A stretch of DNA of 54,135 bases from Candidatus Eiseniibacteriota bacterium (lineage in GTDB: Bacteria; Eisenbacteria; RBG-16-71-46): assembly GCA_031370785.1 (NCBI GenBank), contig JANMQY010000049.1, positions 1 through 54,135 of the forward strand. The letters are read 5' to 3'. Below, piece after piece: positions 29,292-37,027 of this stretch. The notes below the pieces were generated by a model, which worked only from the letters and a program-made list of their open reading frames with translations, did not search any database and was not told the origin of the DNA. Position 1 is the stretch's first letter; each line of letters begins with the position of its first letter. Made by a program: the position numbers and the translations under genes.

Positions 29292-29895
29292 GAGTTCCTC
29301 CCTTGGATTCCAGCGCGGGCGCCGAGACGCGGCGCCCGAGTTCGTAACAGCGCCGGCAGCGCGCCTCGTAGAGATCGGCGCCGCCCACCACCACCCGTCC
29401 GCCGCGCCGCACCTTGCGATAGGTGCGGTTCGCGGGACTTCCGCACACGACGCAGATCGCGAGCGTCTTGGTGATGTACTCGGCGACCGCGAGCAGCTGC
29501 GGCATGGGGTCGAACGGCTTGCCCGCGTAGTCCTGATCGAGACCGGCCACGATCACGCGCTTGCCGCGGCGCGCGAGACGCTCGCACACGTTCACCAGCT
29601 CCGGGCCCAGGAACTGTCCCTCGTCGATGCCGATGACCTGGGCCTCGTGCGCGTAGCGCAGGATCTCCTTCGCGTCCTTGACCGAGCGCGACGGGATGCG
29701 CACCTCGGAATGGGAAACGATGTGGTCGCGCGAGTAACGGTCGTCGATCCCGGGCTTGAAGATCTCGACACGCTGGCGGGCGATCTGCGCGCGTCGCAGG
29801 CGGCGGATCAGCTCCTCGGTCTTGCCGCTGTACATGCTGCCGACAATGACTTCGATCCATCCGGGCAGCGCGAAAGGCGGGGTGGGTTCGGACAT
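29215..29895 (-). CDS. tdk: Thymidine kinase (type II, Zn-lasso)
   Basis: [43 protein letters not shown]. Confidence 0.95.
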   Translation of the reverse strand: MSEPTPPFALPGWIEVIVGSMYSGKTEELIRRLRRAQIARQRVEIFKPGIDDRYSRDHIVSHSEVRIPSRSVKDAKEILRYAHEAQVIGIDEGQFLGPELVNVCERLARRGKRVIVAGLDQDYAGKPFDPMPQLLAVAEYITKTLAICVVCGSPANRTYRKVRRGGRVVVGGADLYEARCRRCYELGRRVSAPALESKGGTHDVSSDRPRARGRRRARRTGRKLRP

Positions 29896-29904
29896 GGCCG
29901 GGCG

Positions 29905-29933
29905 ACGCTAACCAACGGTGTGCGGGGTGTCAA
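29905..29933 (-). promoter_or_regulatory. Sigma70-type promoter of tdk-bmp (near-leaderless)
   Basis: Minus strand TTGACA (29933-29928), 17 nt, TAGCGT (29910-29905), 9 nt, ATG 29895. No SD. Confidence 0.65.
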
Positions 29934-29966
29934 CGAATCGCAGCGCTGGGGTAGAGTGAACGGCCC

Positions 29967-32366
29967 GTGACCGAATCCGACCTTCCTCCACCGCCCCCTC
30001 CCCGTTTCCGCGTGCCGGCAATTGCGGCCGCGCTGCTGCTGCTGGTGGTCGGCGTGCTGTTCGTGCGCTTCGTGCTCGAGGTGCATCGACTGCGCGACCG
30101 GCTCGCCACCGGCCCCGGGTGGTCGTTCCCCTCGCGCATCTATTCGGACGCTCTGGCGATCGAGCCCGGACGCACGCTGCCGATCGACTACCTGCGCGCC
30201 GAGCTCGAGGTTCGCGGCTATCGGGAGGTGGACGCACCCGAAGAGCCGGGAGAGTGGACGAAGCGCGAGGACGGTGCCGAGATCTACCTGCGCGGCTTTG
30301 GCGCGGGATCGAGCGGCGCCACGGGCGGCACGGGTCCCGGCGCGACGCCGGCCGAACGGGTGAGGCTGCGTTTCGGGGATGGCGGCATCGCCTCGGTCGA
30401 GCGCATCGATGGCCCGCGTCGCGGCGCGCGTGGCGCGCCGCCCCGGCTCGAGCCGATGTGGATCGCGACCATCGCCGACAGCGATCGGGTGTTCCGCACC
30501 TGGGTTCCCCTCGATCGCGTGGCGAAGGTGATGCGCGATGCGGTGATCGCATCGGAAGACCGGCGCTTCTACCGCCATCACGGGCTCGACCTGCGCGGCA
30601 ACGCGCGCGCGCTGATGGCCAACCTGCAGGCCGGCGCGGTGCGCCAGGGGGCGAGCACCATCACCCAGCAGCTGGCGCGCGCGCTGTTCCTCGGGCGGGA
30701 ACGCAGCCTGGTGCGCAAGCTGCGCGAGCTGGCGGTTGCGTTCGGGCTCGAGCTGACCCTGTCCAAGAAACAGATCCTCGAGATGTATCTCAACTCGGTG
30801 TACCTGGGGCCCGCCGGGGGCGAGGGAATCGCGGGCGTCGAGGAGGCGGCGCAACGCTACTTTGGCGTCGGCGCCCACGCGCTCACCCTCGATCAGGCGG
30901 CGCTGCTCGCGGGCGTGATCCCGGCGCCGAGCGTGTACTCGCCGCTGCGCAGCCCGTCTCTGGCTCTGCGCCAGCGCAATCGGGTACTACGCGACATGCT
31001 TGCGACCGGCGCGATCGACGCGCGCGCCGCGCGCGAGGCTCAATCCAGGCCGCTCGGACTCCGCCCGACGCCGCGCGCTCCGGATCGGTACTCCTCGTTC
31101 GTGGGTTACGTGCGACAGGACCTGGCAACGCGCCTGCCACGGGGCACGCTCGAGCGTCGCGGGCTGACCGTGATCACCTCGCTCGATCCGGTGTGGCAGG
31201 AGCGCGCCGAGCGCGATCTGGCCGCCGGCATCGCGGAACAGGAGGCGTGGCGCGGCAGGGGAGACGCGCCGCTCGAGGGCGCGTTCGTGGCGCTCGATCC
31301 GGCCAGCGGCGCGGTGCGCGCGCTGGTCGGCGGGCGCGACAACGAGTCGGGCGAGTTCAATCGCGCGATCCGCGCGCGACGCCAGCCGGGCTCGGCGATC
31401 AAGCCGATCGTATACGCCGCGGCGCTGGATCCGGCGCGCGGCGCGCCGCGCTTCACGCCCGGCTCGACCGTGCCCGACCTGCGCCACTCGTTCGACACCC
31501 CGCAGGGCGTGTGGATTCCGAAGAACGACGAAGCCGAGTATCACGAGAACGTGAGCCTCGCCAAGGCGCTGGTGCACTCGCTCAACGTCGCGACCGCGAA
31601 CCTCGTGCAGGCGATCGGGCCCGAGACCGTGTCGCGTTACGCCGAGCGCTTCGGGCTCGGGCGGCCGGCGCCGGTCGCGAGCATCGGGCTCGGCAGCCAG
31701 GAGGTGACGCCGCTCGCGCTGACCGCGGCCTACGCGACCTTCGCCAACGGCGGCATGCGCCACGATCCGACCCCGGTGCGCGCCGTGCTCGACGCACACG
31801 GCCGGGCCGTCCGTGCTCCGGCTCCGCGCGTGACCCGCGTGCTCGGCGATCAGACCGCCGCGCTGATGCGCGCGCTGCTCGAGGACGTCGTGATCTTCGG
31901 CATCGCCTACCCGCTGCGCGCCGAGTACGGGTTCACCCGTCCGTGCGGCGGAAAGACCGGCACCACGAACGACTACCGCGACGCCTGGTTCGTGGGATTC
32001 ACGCCGGACGTCGCGGCCGGCGTGTGGGTGGGCTACGACACCCCGCAGAGTCTGGGCGCGCCGGCCGCCAGGGTGGCGATCCCGATCTGGGCCGCGATCA
32101 TGAACGACCTGATGGAAGGCTTCCCGCCGACCCCATTCCCCGAGCGCGACGATCTCGAGCTGGCGTGGATCGATCCCTGGACCGGGCTGCTCGCGCGCCG
32201 CGAGTGTCCGCGGCCGCTGCGCACGCCGTTCGTCAAAGGCACCGCACCGAAGACGTTCTGCACCCGCGACCACGCCGCGGACTGGGATGCGATCCGGGCG
32301 AAGGCGCTCGCGGATAGCCTGAAACGCGCGGAAGCCGAGCGCGCGTCCGGTCTGCCGCCCTGGTAG
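29967..32366 (+). CDS. Class A penicillin-binding protein (PBP1B-like bifunctional transglycosylase/transpeptidase)
   Basis: N-terminal TM and UB2H-like insert. TG motifs EDRRFYRHHG, GASTITQQL, RKLRE, YLN. TP motifs SAIK, SLN, KTG. Confidence 0.93.
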   Translation: MTESDLPPPPPPRFRVPAIAAALLLLVVGVLFVRFVLEVHRLRDRLATGPGWSFPSRIYSDALAIEPGRTLPIDYLRAELEVRGYREVDAPEEPGEWTKREDGAEIYLRGFGAGSSGATGGTGPGATPAERVRLRFGDGGIASVERIDGPRRGARGAPPRLEPMWIATIADSDRVFRTWVPLDRVAKVMRDAVIASEDRRFYRHHGLDLRGNARALMANLQAGAVRQGASTITQQLARALFLGRERSLVRKLRELAVAFGLELTLSKKQILEMYLNSVYLGPAGGEGIAGVEEAAQRYFGVGAHALTLDQAALLAGVIPAPSVYSPLRSPSLALRQRNRVLRDMLATGAIDARAAREAQSRPLGLRPTPRAPDRYSSFVGYVRQDLATRLPRGTLERRGLTVITSLDPVWQERAERDLAAGIAEQEAWRGRGDAPLEGAFVALDPASGAVRALVGGRDNESGEFNRAIRARRQPGSAIKPIVYAAALDPARGAPRFTPGSTVPDLRHSFDTPQGVWIPKNDEAEYHENVSLAKALVHSLNVATANLVQAIGPETVSRYAERFGLGRPAPVASIGLGSQEVTPLALTAAYATFANGGMRHDPTPVRAVLDAHGRAVRAPAPRVTRVLGDQTAALMRALLEDVVIFGIAYPLRAEYGFTRPCGGKTGTTNDYRDAWFVGFTPDVAAGVWVGYDTPQSLGAPAARVAIPIWAAIMNDLMEGFPPTPFPERDDLELAWIDPWTGLLARRECPRPLRTPFVKGTAPKTFCTRDHAADWDAIRAKALADSLKRAEAERASGLPPW

Positions 32367-32426
32367 CGCCGGCTGGAGCGCTTCGCCGCAGAGCCGGCTG
32401 GAGCGTTCCGCCCTCGTGGACGCCGC

Positions 32427-33092
32427 TCACGGAACCCGGGCGCCCTCGACGGTGGGCAGCGGCAGGCCGCTGCGTTCGCGCAGCAGCTCGCGGATCTTGG
32501 TTTTCACCAGGTCGATCGCGACCTTGTTGTGCCCGCCCTCCGGAATGATCACGTCGGCGTGACGCTTGGAGGGATCGACGAACTGCTGGTGCATCGGCCG
32601 CACGCTCTCCTCGTACTGGCGGATGATGCTGTCGACCGACCGGCCGCGTTCCACCAGATCGCGGCGCAGGCGGCGGATGAAGCGCACGTCGGGATCGGCG
32701 TCGATGAACAGCTTGATGTCCATCAGCGCGCGCAGCTCGGGATCGACGAAGATCAGGATGCCTTCGAGCACGATCACGGTGTGCTCGCCGACATGGCGGG
32801 TCTCGCCGAGGCGGCGGTGCTCGGCGTAGTCGTAGATCGGCTGCTCGACCGCGCAGCCGGCGAGCAGCTCGCGCACGTGCTGCTTGAGCAGATCGTTGTC
32901 AAAGGCGTCGGGGTGGTCGAAATTGCGCGCTTCGCGGTCCCGGAACGGGACGTCCTCGAGGTTCCGGTAGTAGGAGTCCTGATCGATGATCACGACGCGG
33001 TCCGAGCCGAGCTCGCGCACGATGGTGCGCGCGACCAGCGTCTTGCCCGAACCCGATCCGCCGGCGATGCCGATGAGGATGCGTCGCGCCAT
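32427..33092 (-). CDS. udk: Uridine kinase
   Basis: IGIAGGSGSGKT, DQDSYY, NFDHPDAFD, EGIL, RRLRRD..ERGR, PSKRHADVIIPEGG.N. Start ATG 33092. Confidence 0.95.
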   Translation of the reverse strand: MARRILIGIAGGSGSGKTLVARTIVRELGSDRVVIIDQDSYYRNLEDVPFRDREARNFDHPDAFDNDLLKQHVRELLAGCAVEQPIYDYAEHRRLGETRHVGEHTVIVLEGILIFVDPELRALMDIKLFIDADPDVRFIRRLRRDLVERGRSVDSIIRQYEESVRPMHQQFVDPSKRHADVIIPEGGHNKVAIDLVKTKIRELLRERSGLPLPTVEGARVP

Positions 33093-33101
33093 TCCTCGCG
33101 C

Positions 33102-33130
33102 AAAGTAGCATCGGGTTCGCGCGCATGCAA
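33102..33130 (-). promoter_or_regulatory. Sigma70-type promoter of udk (near-leaderless)
   Basis: Minus strand TTGCAT (33130-33125), 17 nt including an extended TG, TACTTT (33107-33102), 9 nt, ATG 33092. Confidence 0.55.
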
Positions 33131-33243
33131 AACCTGGGCGCCGCGAGCGCGCCCGATGGTATGGTCCCCGACGTCGCAGCACGACGTTGGGGCGTCCGGA
33201 ACAGCGGACGCGACGGAGCGCCGCCCTGGAAATCGGAGGAGAC

Positions 33244-33567
33244 ATGACGGAGACGGTGAAGAAGCCGGCCGTGAAGAAGCTGACCGAGCCCGAGCTGAAT
33301 CAGGCGCTGCTCGGACTCAAGGGCTGGCAGCTGGTCGGCGGGAAGCTGCAACGCACCTACCAGTTTCTCGACTTCGTCGAAGCCTGGGGCTTCATGTCGT
33401 CGGCGGCGCTGGTCGTGCAGCAGATGGATCACCATCCGGAGTGGTTCAACGTCTACCACACGGTGAAGATCGACCTGGTCACGCACGACGCCGGCGGAGT
33501 CACCGCACGCGACGTGGAGCTGGCAACGCGCATGGAGGAGATCGCCACGCGCCGCGAGCGGGCGTAG
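33244..33567 (+). CDS. Pterin-4-alpha-carbinolamine dehydratase (PhhB/PCD family)
   Basis: F.DF.EA.GFM, DHHPEWFNVY, THDAGGVT.RD.ELA. GGAGGAG RBS before ATG 33244. Confidence 0.92.
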   Translation: MTETVKKPAVKKLTEPELNQALLGLKGWQLVGGKLQRTYQFLDFVEAWGFMSSAALVVQQMDHHPEWFNVYHTVKIDLVTHDAGGVTARDVELATRMEEIATRRERA

Positions 33568-33571
33568 GCGC

Positions 33572-34921
33572 TCAGGGGGTGAGCATCAGGCGCACCTGAT
33601 TGCGCGGATTGCGGGCCCTCGCGACCAGACCGACCTCGTCGATGTTGCATCGGTCCATCAGCCGGCGATAGGGCGCCCACAGCGCTTCGCCACCCCACAG
33701 CTCGCGCGAGGCCGCGCTGCTCGAGAGCAGCACGAGCAGCCCCGGATTCTTCTGGAATCGCGGCAGAATCTCGTGAGGCAGCGGCGCGCCGAGCAGCCAG
33801 CCCACTCCGGCGCGCAGCGACTCGAGGCTCTCCTCGTCCGCCACCAGCATGGAACTCTCGTTCAGATCGTCCGCCAGGACATCGCCGAGTTTCGCGGGCG
33901 ATCGATCGCCGGGCTCCAGACGCGGATAGAACCGGATCAGCTCCGGGTCATCGAGGATCGAATACTGGAAGCGCGACTGAAGCGGTGGAGTCGGCGGGCC
34001 CCAGGTCGCGCCGAGCCGCGACGCCAGAACCAGCAGCGACAGGTAGAACACCGGGTGCAGCGTATCGCGCAGCGAAGGCGCGAAGACGCCGACGCAACCC
34101 ACCCCGCGCTCGAGCCCGGGCCAGCGCAGCGTGGCGCTGCCCGCGACGAAGCGGTGATGCGGCGCGGCGGGGAGTGGCTGGCCGGATGGAATCGAGCCGA
34201 ACTCGCGCTCGACCAGCGTGCGCAGGTCCGGGCCGTCGAGATTGCCGGCGATGCTCAGCACGCCATTGGCCGGCACGAACGAAGTCGCGATCGCTTTCTG
34301 GATCTCGGAGACGCTGGTCCGGTCCAGACCGCGCGCCTGCCCGAGAGTGCCGAGCGCCGAGCTGTCCATTCCGGCCGCGAGCGCCGCGACGTGGTAGTAG
34401 AGCGCGCGTGACGGGGCTTCGAGATAGGCATCGCGCTGCTGGTCGTGCACGCTCGCGAGGGCGGCGGCGAGCGAAGCCGCCGTCACGCGCACTCCGCGCG
34501 CGCGCGCCGCCACCTGGTGCAGCACGCCCGGGAACTGCGCCAGGGTCGCGACCTCGGTGAGCTGGGTCTGGGTGCGCGTGACCTTCACCTCGGAGCCGAG
34601 CGGGCGCAGGCTGCGCAGCTCCTGGCGTGTGCGCTCCGGCGTCTCCCCGGCCGCCGCGGTGTAGGCCAGCTCGGCACGGAGCAGCGCCGACCCCTCCCGC
34701 CCGGCCGGGTCCCCGTCGCTGCCGCCGTGGTAGGCCATGGTGATCGAGACCGCACCGGCCGCCGGCACGTGTTGAGCCTTGACCGTGAGCCCGTTGGACA
34801 GCCGCCACGTCGCCCGGGTCGGGTTGTCGGGGGAGGCGCCCAGCACGAGCGCGTGGCCGGTGCCCGGGGCGAGCGCGCCGATGAGAAAGACCATGAAAGT
34901 CAGGCGAAAGGCACGGATCAC
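33572..34921 (-). CDS. Exported insulinase/M16 peptidase-like protein, apparently catalytically inactive
   Basis: Signal peptide. M16 N-terminal pattern LSNGLTV...GS..DP.GREG.A and P.N..LSIAG.L..FG. HxxEH is replaced by LLRAEL. AAGGAG RBS. Confidence 0.7.
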   Translation of the reverse strand: MIRAFRLTFMVFLIGALAPGTGHALVLGASPDNPTRATWRLSNGLTVKAQHVPAAGAVSITMAYHGGSDGDPAGREGSALLRAELAYTAAAGETPERTRQELRSLRPLGSEVKVTRTQTQLTEVATLAQFPGVLHQVAARARGVRVTAASLAAALASVHDQQRDAYLEAPSRALYYHVAALAAGMDSSALGTLGQARGLDRTSVSEIQKAIATSFVPANGVLSIAGNLDGPDLRTLVEREFGSIPSGQPLPAAPHHRFVAGSATLRWPGLERGVGCVGVFAPSLRDTLHPVFYLSLLVLASRLGATWGPPTPPLQSRFQYSILDDPELIRFYPRLEPGDRSPAKLGDVLADDLNESSMLVADEESLESLRAGVGWLLGAPLPHEILPRFQKNPGLLVLLSSSAASRELWGGEALWAPYRRLMDRCNIDEVGLVARARNPRNQVRLMLTP

Positions 34922-35077
34922 GAAGACTCCTTGGAAAGTCGAAAGGACACCTGAGATCGGATCGGGGAGCAGGCTGGCGGAACATTGTAACGGGTGGATA
35001 CCTTCCGGTGCACGTCAAGCGCCGGTCACGTTTTCACGCCGCGAGCGTATCGAGGCGCGGATCGGGCGGTCCCAACC

Positions 35078-35107
35078 TTGACCGCTCCCGGCCGCGCTCC
35101 CTATGCT
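35078..35107 (+). promoter_or_regulatory. Sigma70-type promoter of rpiB-add (near-leaderless)
   Basis: TTGACC (35078-35083), 18 nt, TATGCT (35102-35107), 9 nt, ATG 35117. Confidence 0.55.
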
Positions 35108-35116
35108 CCGCAAATC

Positions 35117-35680
35117 ATGCGAACCGTGGAGATCTCCCAGGTACGGCAGGTGGTGCGAGACGTGGTGGAGAAGGCTCTCGGACCCGAACCGAAGGCCGAA
35201 TCGCCTCAGCGGGTGGTCAACCCGAAGCGCGTCGCGCTGGGCGCGGATCACGGTGGCTTCGAGCTCAAGGAATCGCTCAAGCGATACGTCATCGAAGAGC
35301 TGCGCTACGACGTGCAGGACTGCGGCACGTACTCGACCGACCCGGTCGACTACCCCGATGTCGCGGCCGCGGTGGCTCGAGAGGTGGCGAGCGGACGCTG
35401 CGTGAGCGGCGTGATCGTGGATGCCGCCGGGATCGGCTCGACGATGGCCGCGAACAAGGTATTCGGAGTGCGCTGCGCGCTATGTCACGACGATGCCACC
35501 GTGCTCAACAGCCGCGAGCACAACGACGCGAACGTGCTCGCGCTCGGCTCGAGGGTGGTGAATCGCGGGCTCGCCGCGCGCATGGTCCGGCTGTTCCTCA
35601 CTACGTCCTTCGGCGGCGGCCGTCACGAGCGCCGGGTTGCGAAGATCATGGCGCTGGAGCGCGGACTCCGAACCGACTGA
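35117..35680 (+). CDS. rpiB: Ribose-5-phosphate isomerase B family protein with N-terminal amphipathic extension
   Basis: GADHGGFELK, VDYPD, GIGS.MAANK..GVRCA, REHNDANVL.LG, F.GGRHERRV.KI. Confidence 0.9.
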   Translation: MRTVEISQVRQVVRDVVEKALGPEPKAESPQRVVNPKRVALGADHGGFELKESLKRYVIEELRYDVQDCGTYSTDPVDYPDVAAAVAREVASGRCVSGVIVDAAGIGSTMAANKVFGVRCALCHDDATVLNSREHNDANVLALGSRVVNRGLAARMVRLFLTTSFGGGRHERRVAKIMALERGLRTD

Positions 35681-35750
35681 CGCCAGCGCGCGCCCCTCTT
35701 CCGCCTCAGGAGCGCGCTCCTCGGCGGCCCACCCCAACCGCCCGAGGCCC

Positions 35751-36827
35751 ATGCGAATCACCCAGAAGCTCATCCGGCGCCTTCCCAAGACTGACATCCA
35801 CTGCCACCTGGACGGATGTCTGCGCCCGAGAACGCTGCTCGAGCTGGCGGACGCGCAGGGAGTGAAGCTTCCGACCCGGCGCCTTCCCGAGCTGACCCGG
35901 ATCCTGCAGGCCGGAAAGCGCACCCGGAATCTCGGCGACTACCTCAAGATCTTCGACTACACGCTGAGCGTGATGCAGGAGCGCGACGCGCTCTATCGGG
36001 TCGCGTACGAGCTGGCCGAGGATGCGGCCGCCGAGAACGTGCGCCACCTCGAGGTGCGCTACTCGCCGATCCTGCACCAGAAGAAGCGCCTGAAGTTCGA
36101 GACCATCGTGGATGCGGTGATCGAAGGTCTCGCCGATTCCGGGCGCAAGCACAAGCTCTCGACCGGCGTGATCATCTGCGGCATCCGCTCGCTCGATCCC
36201 AAGTACTCGATCGCGCTCGCGGAACTCGCGGTTGCGTACAAGGGCAAAGGCGTGCTGGCGTTCGATCTGGCGGGGCAGGAGAAGGACTATCCGGCCAAGG
36301 CGCATCGCGCCGCGTTCCAGCTGGTGCTGAAGGAGAACATCAACGTCACCGTACACGCGGGGGAGGCGTTCGGGCCGGCCAGCATCGCGCAGGCGCTCCA
36401 CTACTGCGGCGCGCATCGCATCGGTCACGGCACGCGGCTGCTCGAGGACCGCGACCTGATGCGCTACGTCAACGATCACCGCATCCCGCTCGAGGTGTGC
36501 CTGTCCTCGAACGTGCAGACCCGCACGGTAAAAAACATCAAGGAGCACCCGTTTCACTACTACTTCAAGCAGGGCCTGCGGGTGACGGTGAACACCGACA
36601 GCCGCCTGATCTCCGCCACCACGGTCTCCCAGGAGCTGGCACTCGCCGCGCGGGCCTTTCGCCTGAGCCCCTACGAGCTCAAGCGCGTGATCATGAACGG
36701 CTTCAAGAGCTCCTTCCTGCCCTACGCCCAGAAGGCGCGAGTGCTGCGCAGCGTCAATCTCGAGATCGACCGGCTCTTCATGGAAGAGTTCCCGCAGGAG
36801 TACGATCTGGGCGTCACCAGCGTCTGA
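35751..36827 (+). CDS. add: Adenosine deaminase
   Basis: LPKTDIHCHLDG, EVRYSP, DLAG.E, TVHAGE, RIGHG, EVCLSSN, NTD. Confidence 0.93.
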   Translation: MRITQKLIRRLPKTDIHCHLDGCLRPRTLLELADAQGVKLPTRRLPELTRILQAGKRTRNLGDYLKIFDYTLSVMQERDALYRVAYELAEDAAAENVRHLEVRYSPILHQKKRLKFETIVDAVIEGLADSGRKHKLSTGVIICGIRSLDPKYSIALAELAVAYKGKGVLAFDLAGQEKDYPAKAHRAAFQLVLKENINVTVHAGEAFGPASIAQALHYCGAHRIGHGTRLLEDRDLMRYVNDHRIPLEVCLSSNVQTRTVKNIKEHPFHYYFKQGLRVTVNTDSRLISATTVSQELALAARAFRLSPYELKRVIMNGFKSSFLPYAQKARVLRSVNLEIDRLFMEEFPQEYDLGVTSV

Positions 36828-36945
36828 TCCGGCAAGGCCCCGCGCCGAGGGAATCGCGCGTTTTGTTCCGGCGGACCTCGCACTTCATGCAGAGACGGCC
36901 GGACGTTCCAGCATAGTTCGCGGCCGAGCCTAAGGTCGTGCAGTA

Positions 36946-36988
36946 TTGACAACTAGTTTCTTGACCGCCCCCCCGGTTCTGTTAGCTT
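36946..36988 (+). promoter_or_regulatory. Candidate promoter of the TBDR operon
   Basis: AT-richer island with TTGACA (36946) and TTGACC (36961), 16 nt, TGnTAGCTT (ends 36988). Confidence 0.4.
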
Positions 36989-37027
36989 TGACGTTCGCTC
37001 CTCACTACGCTCCCCAACCCCATCGAG

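Noticed and set aside
32368..32405. 13-bp direct repeat GCCGGCTGGAGCG x2 between convergent genes
   Set aside because: Only two copies, 12 nt apart, in GC-rich sequence. No supporting element; possibly a small duplication scar.
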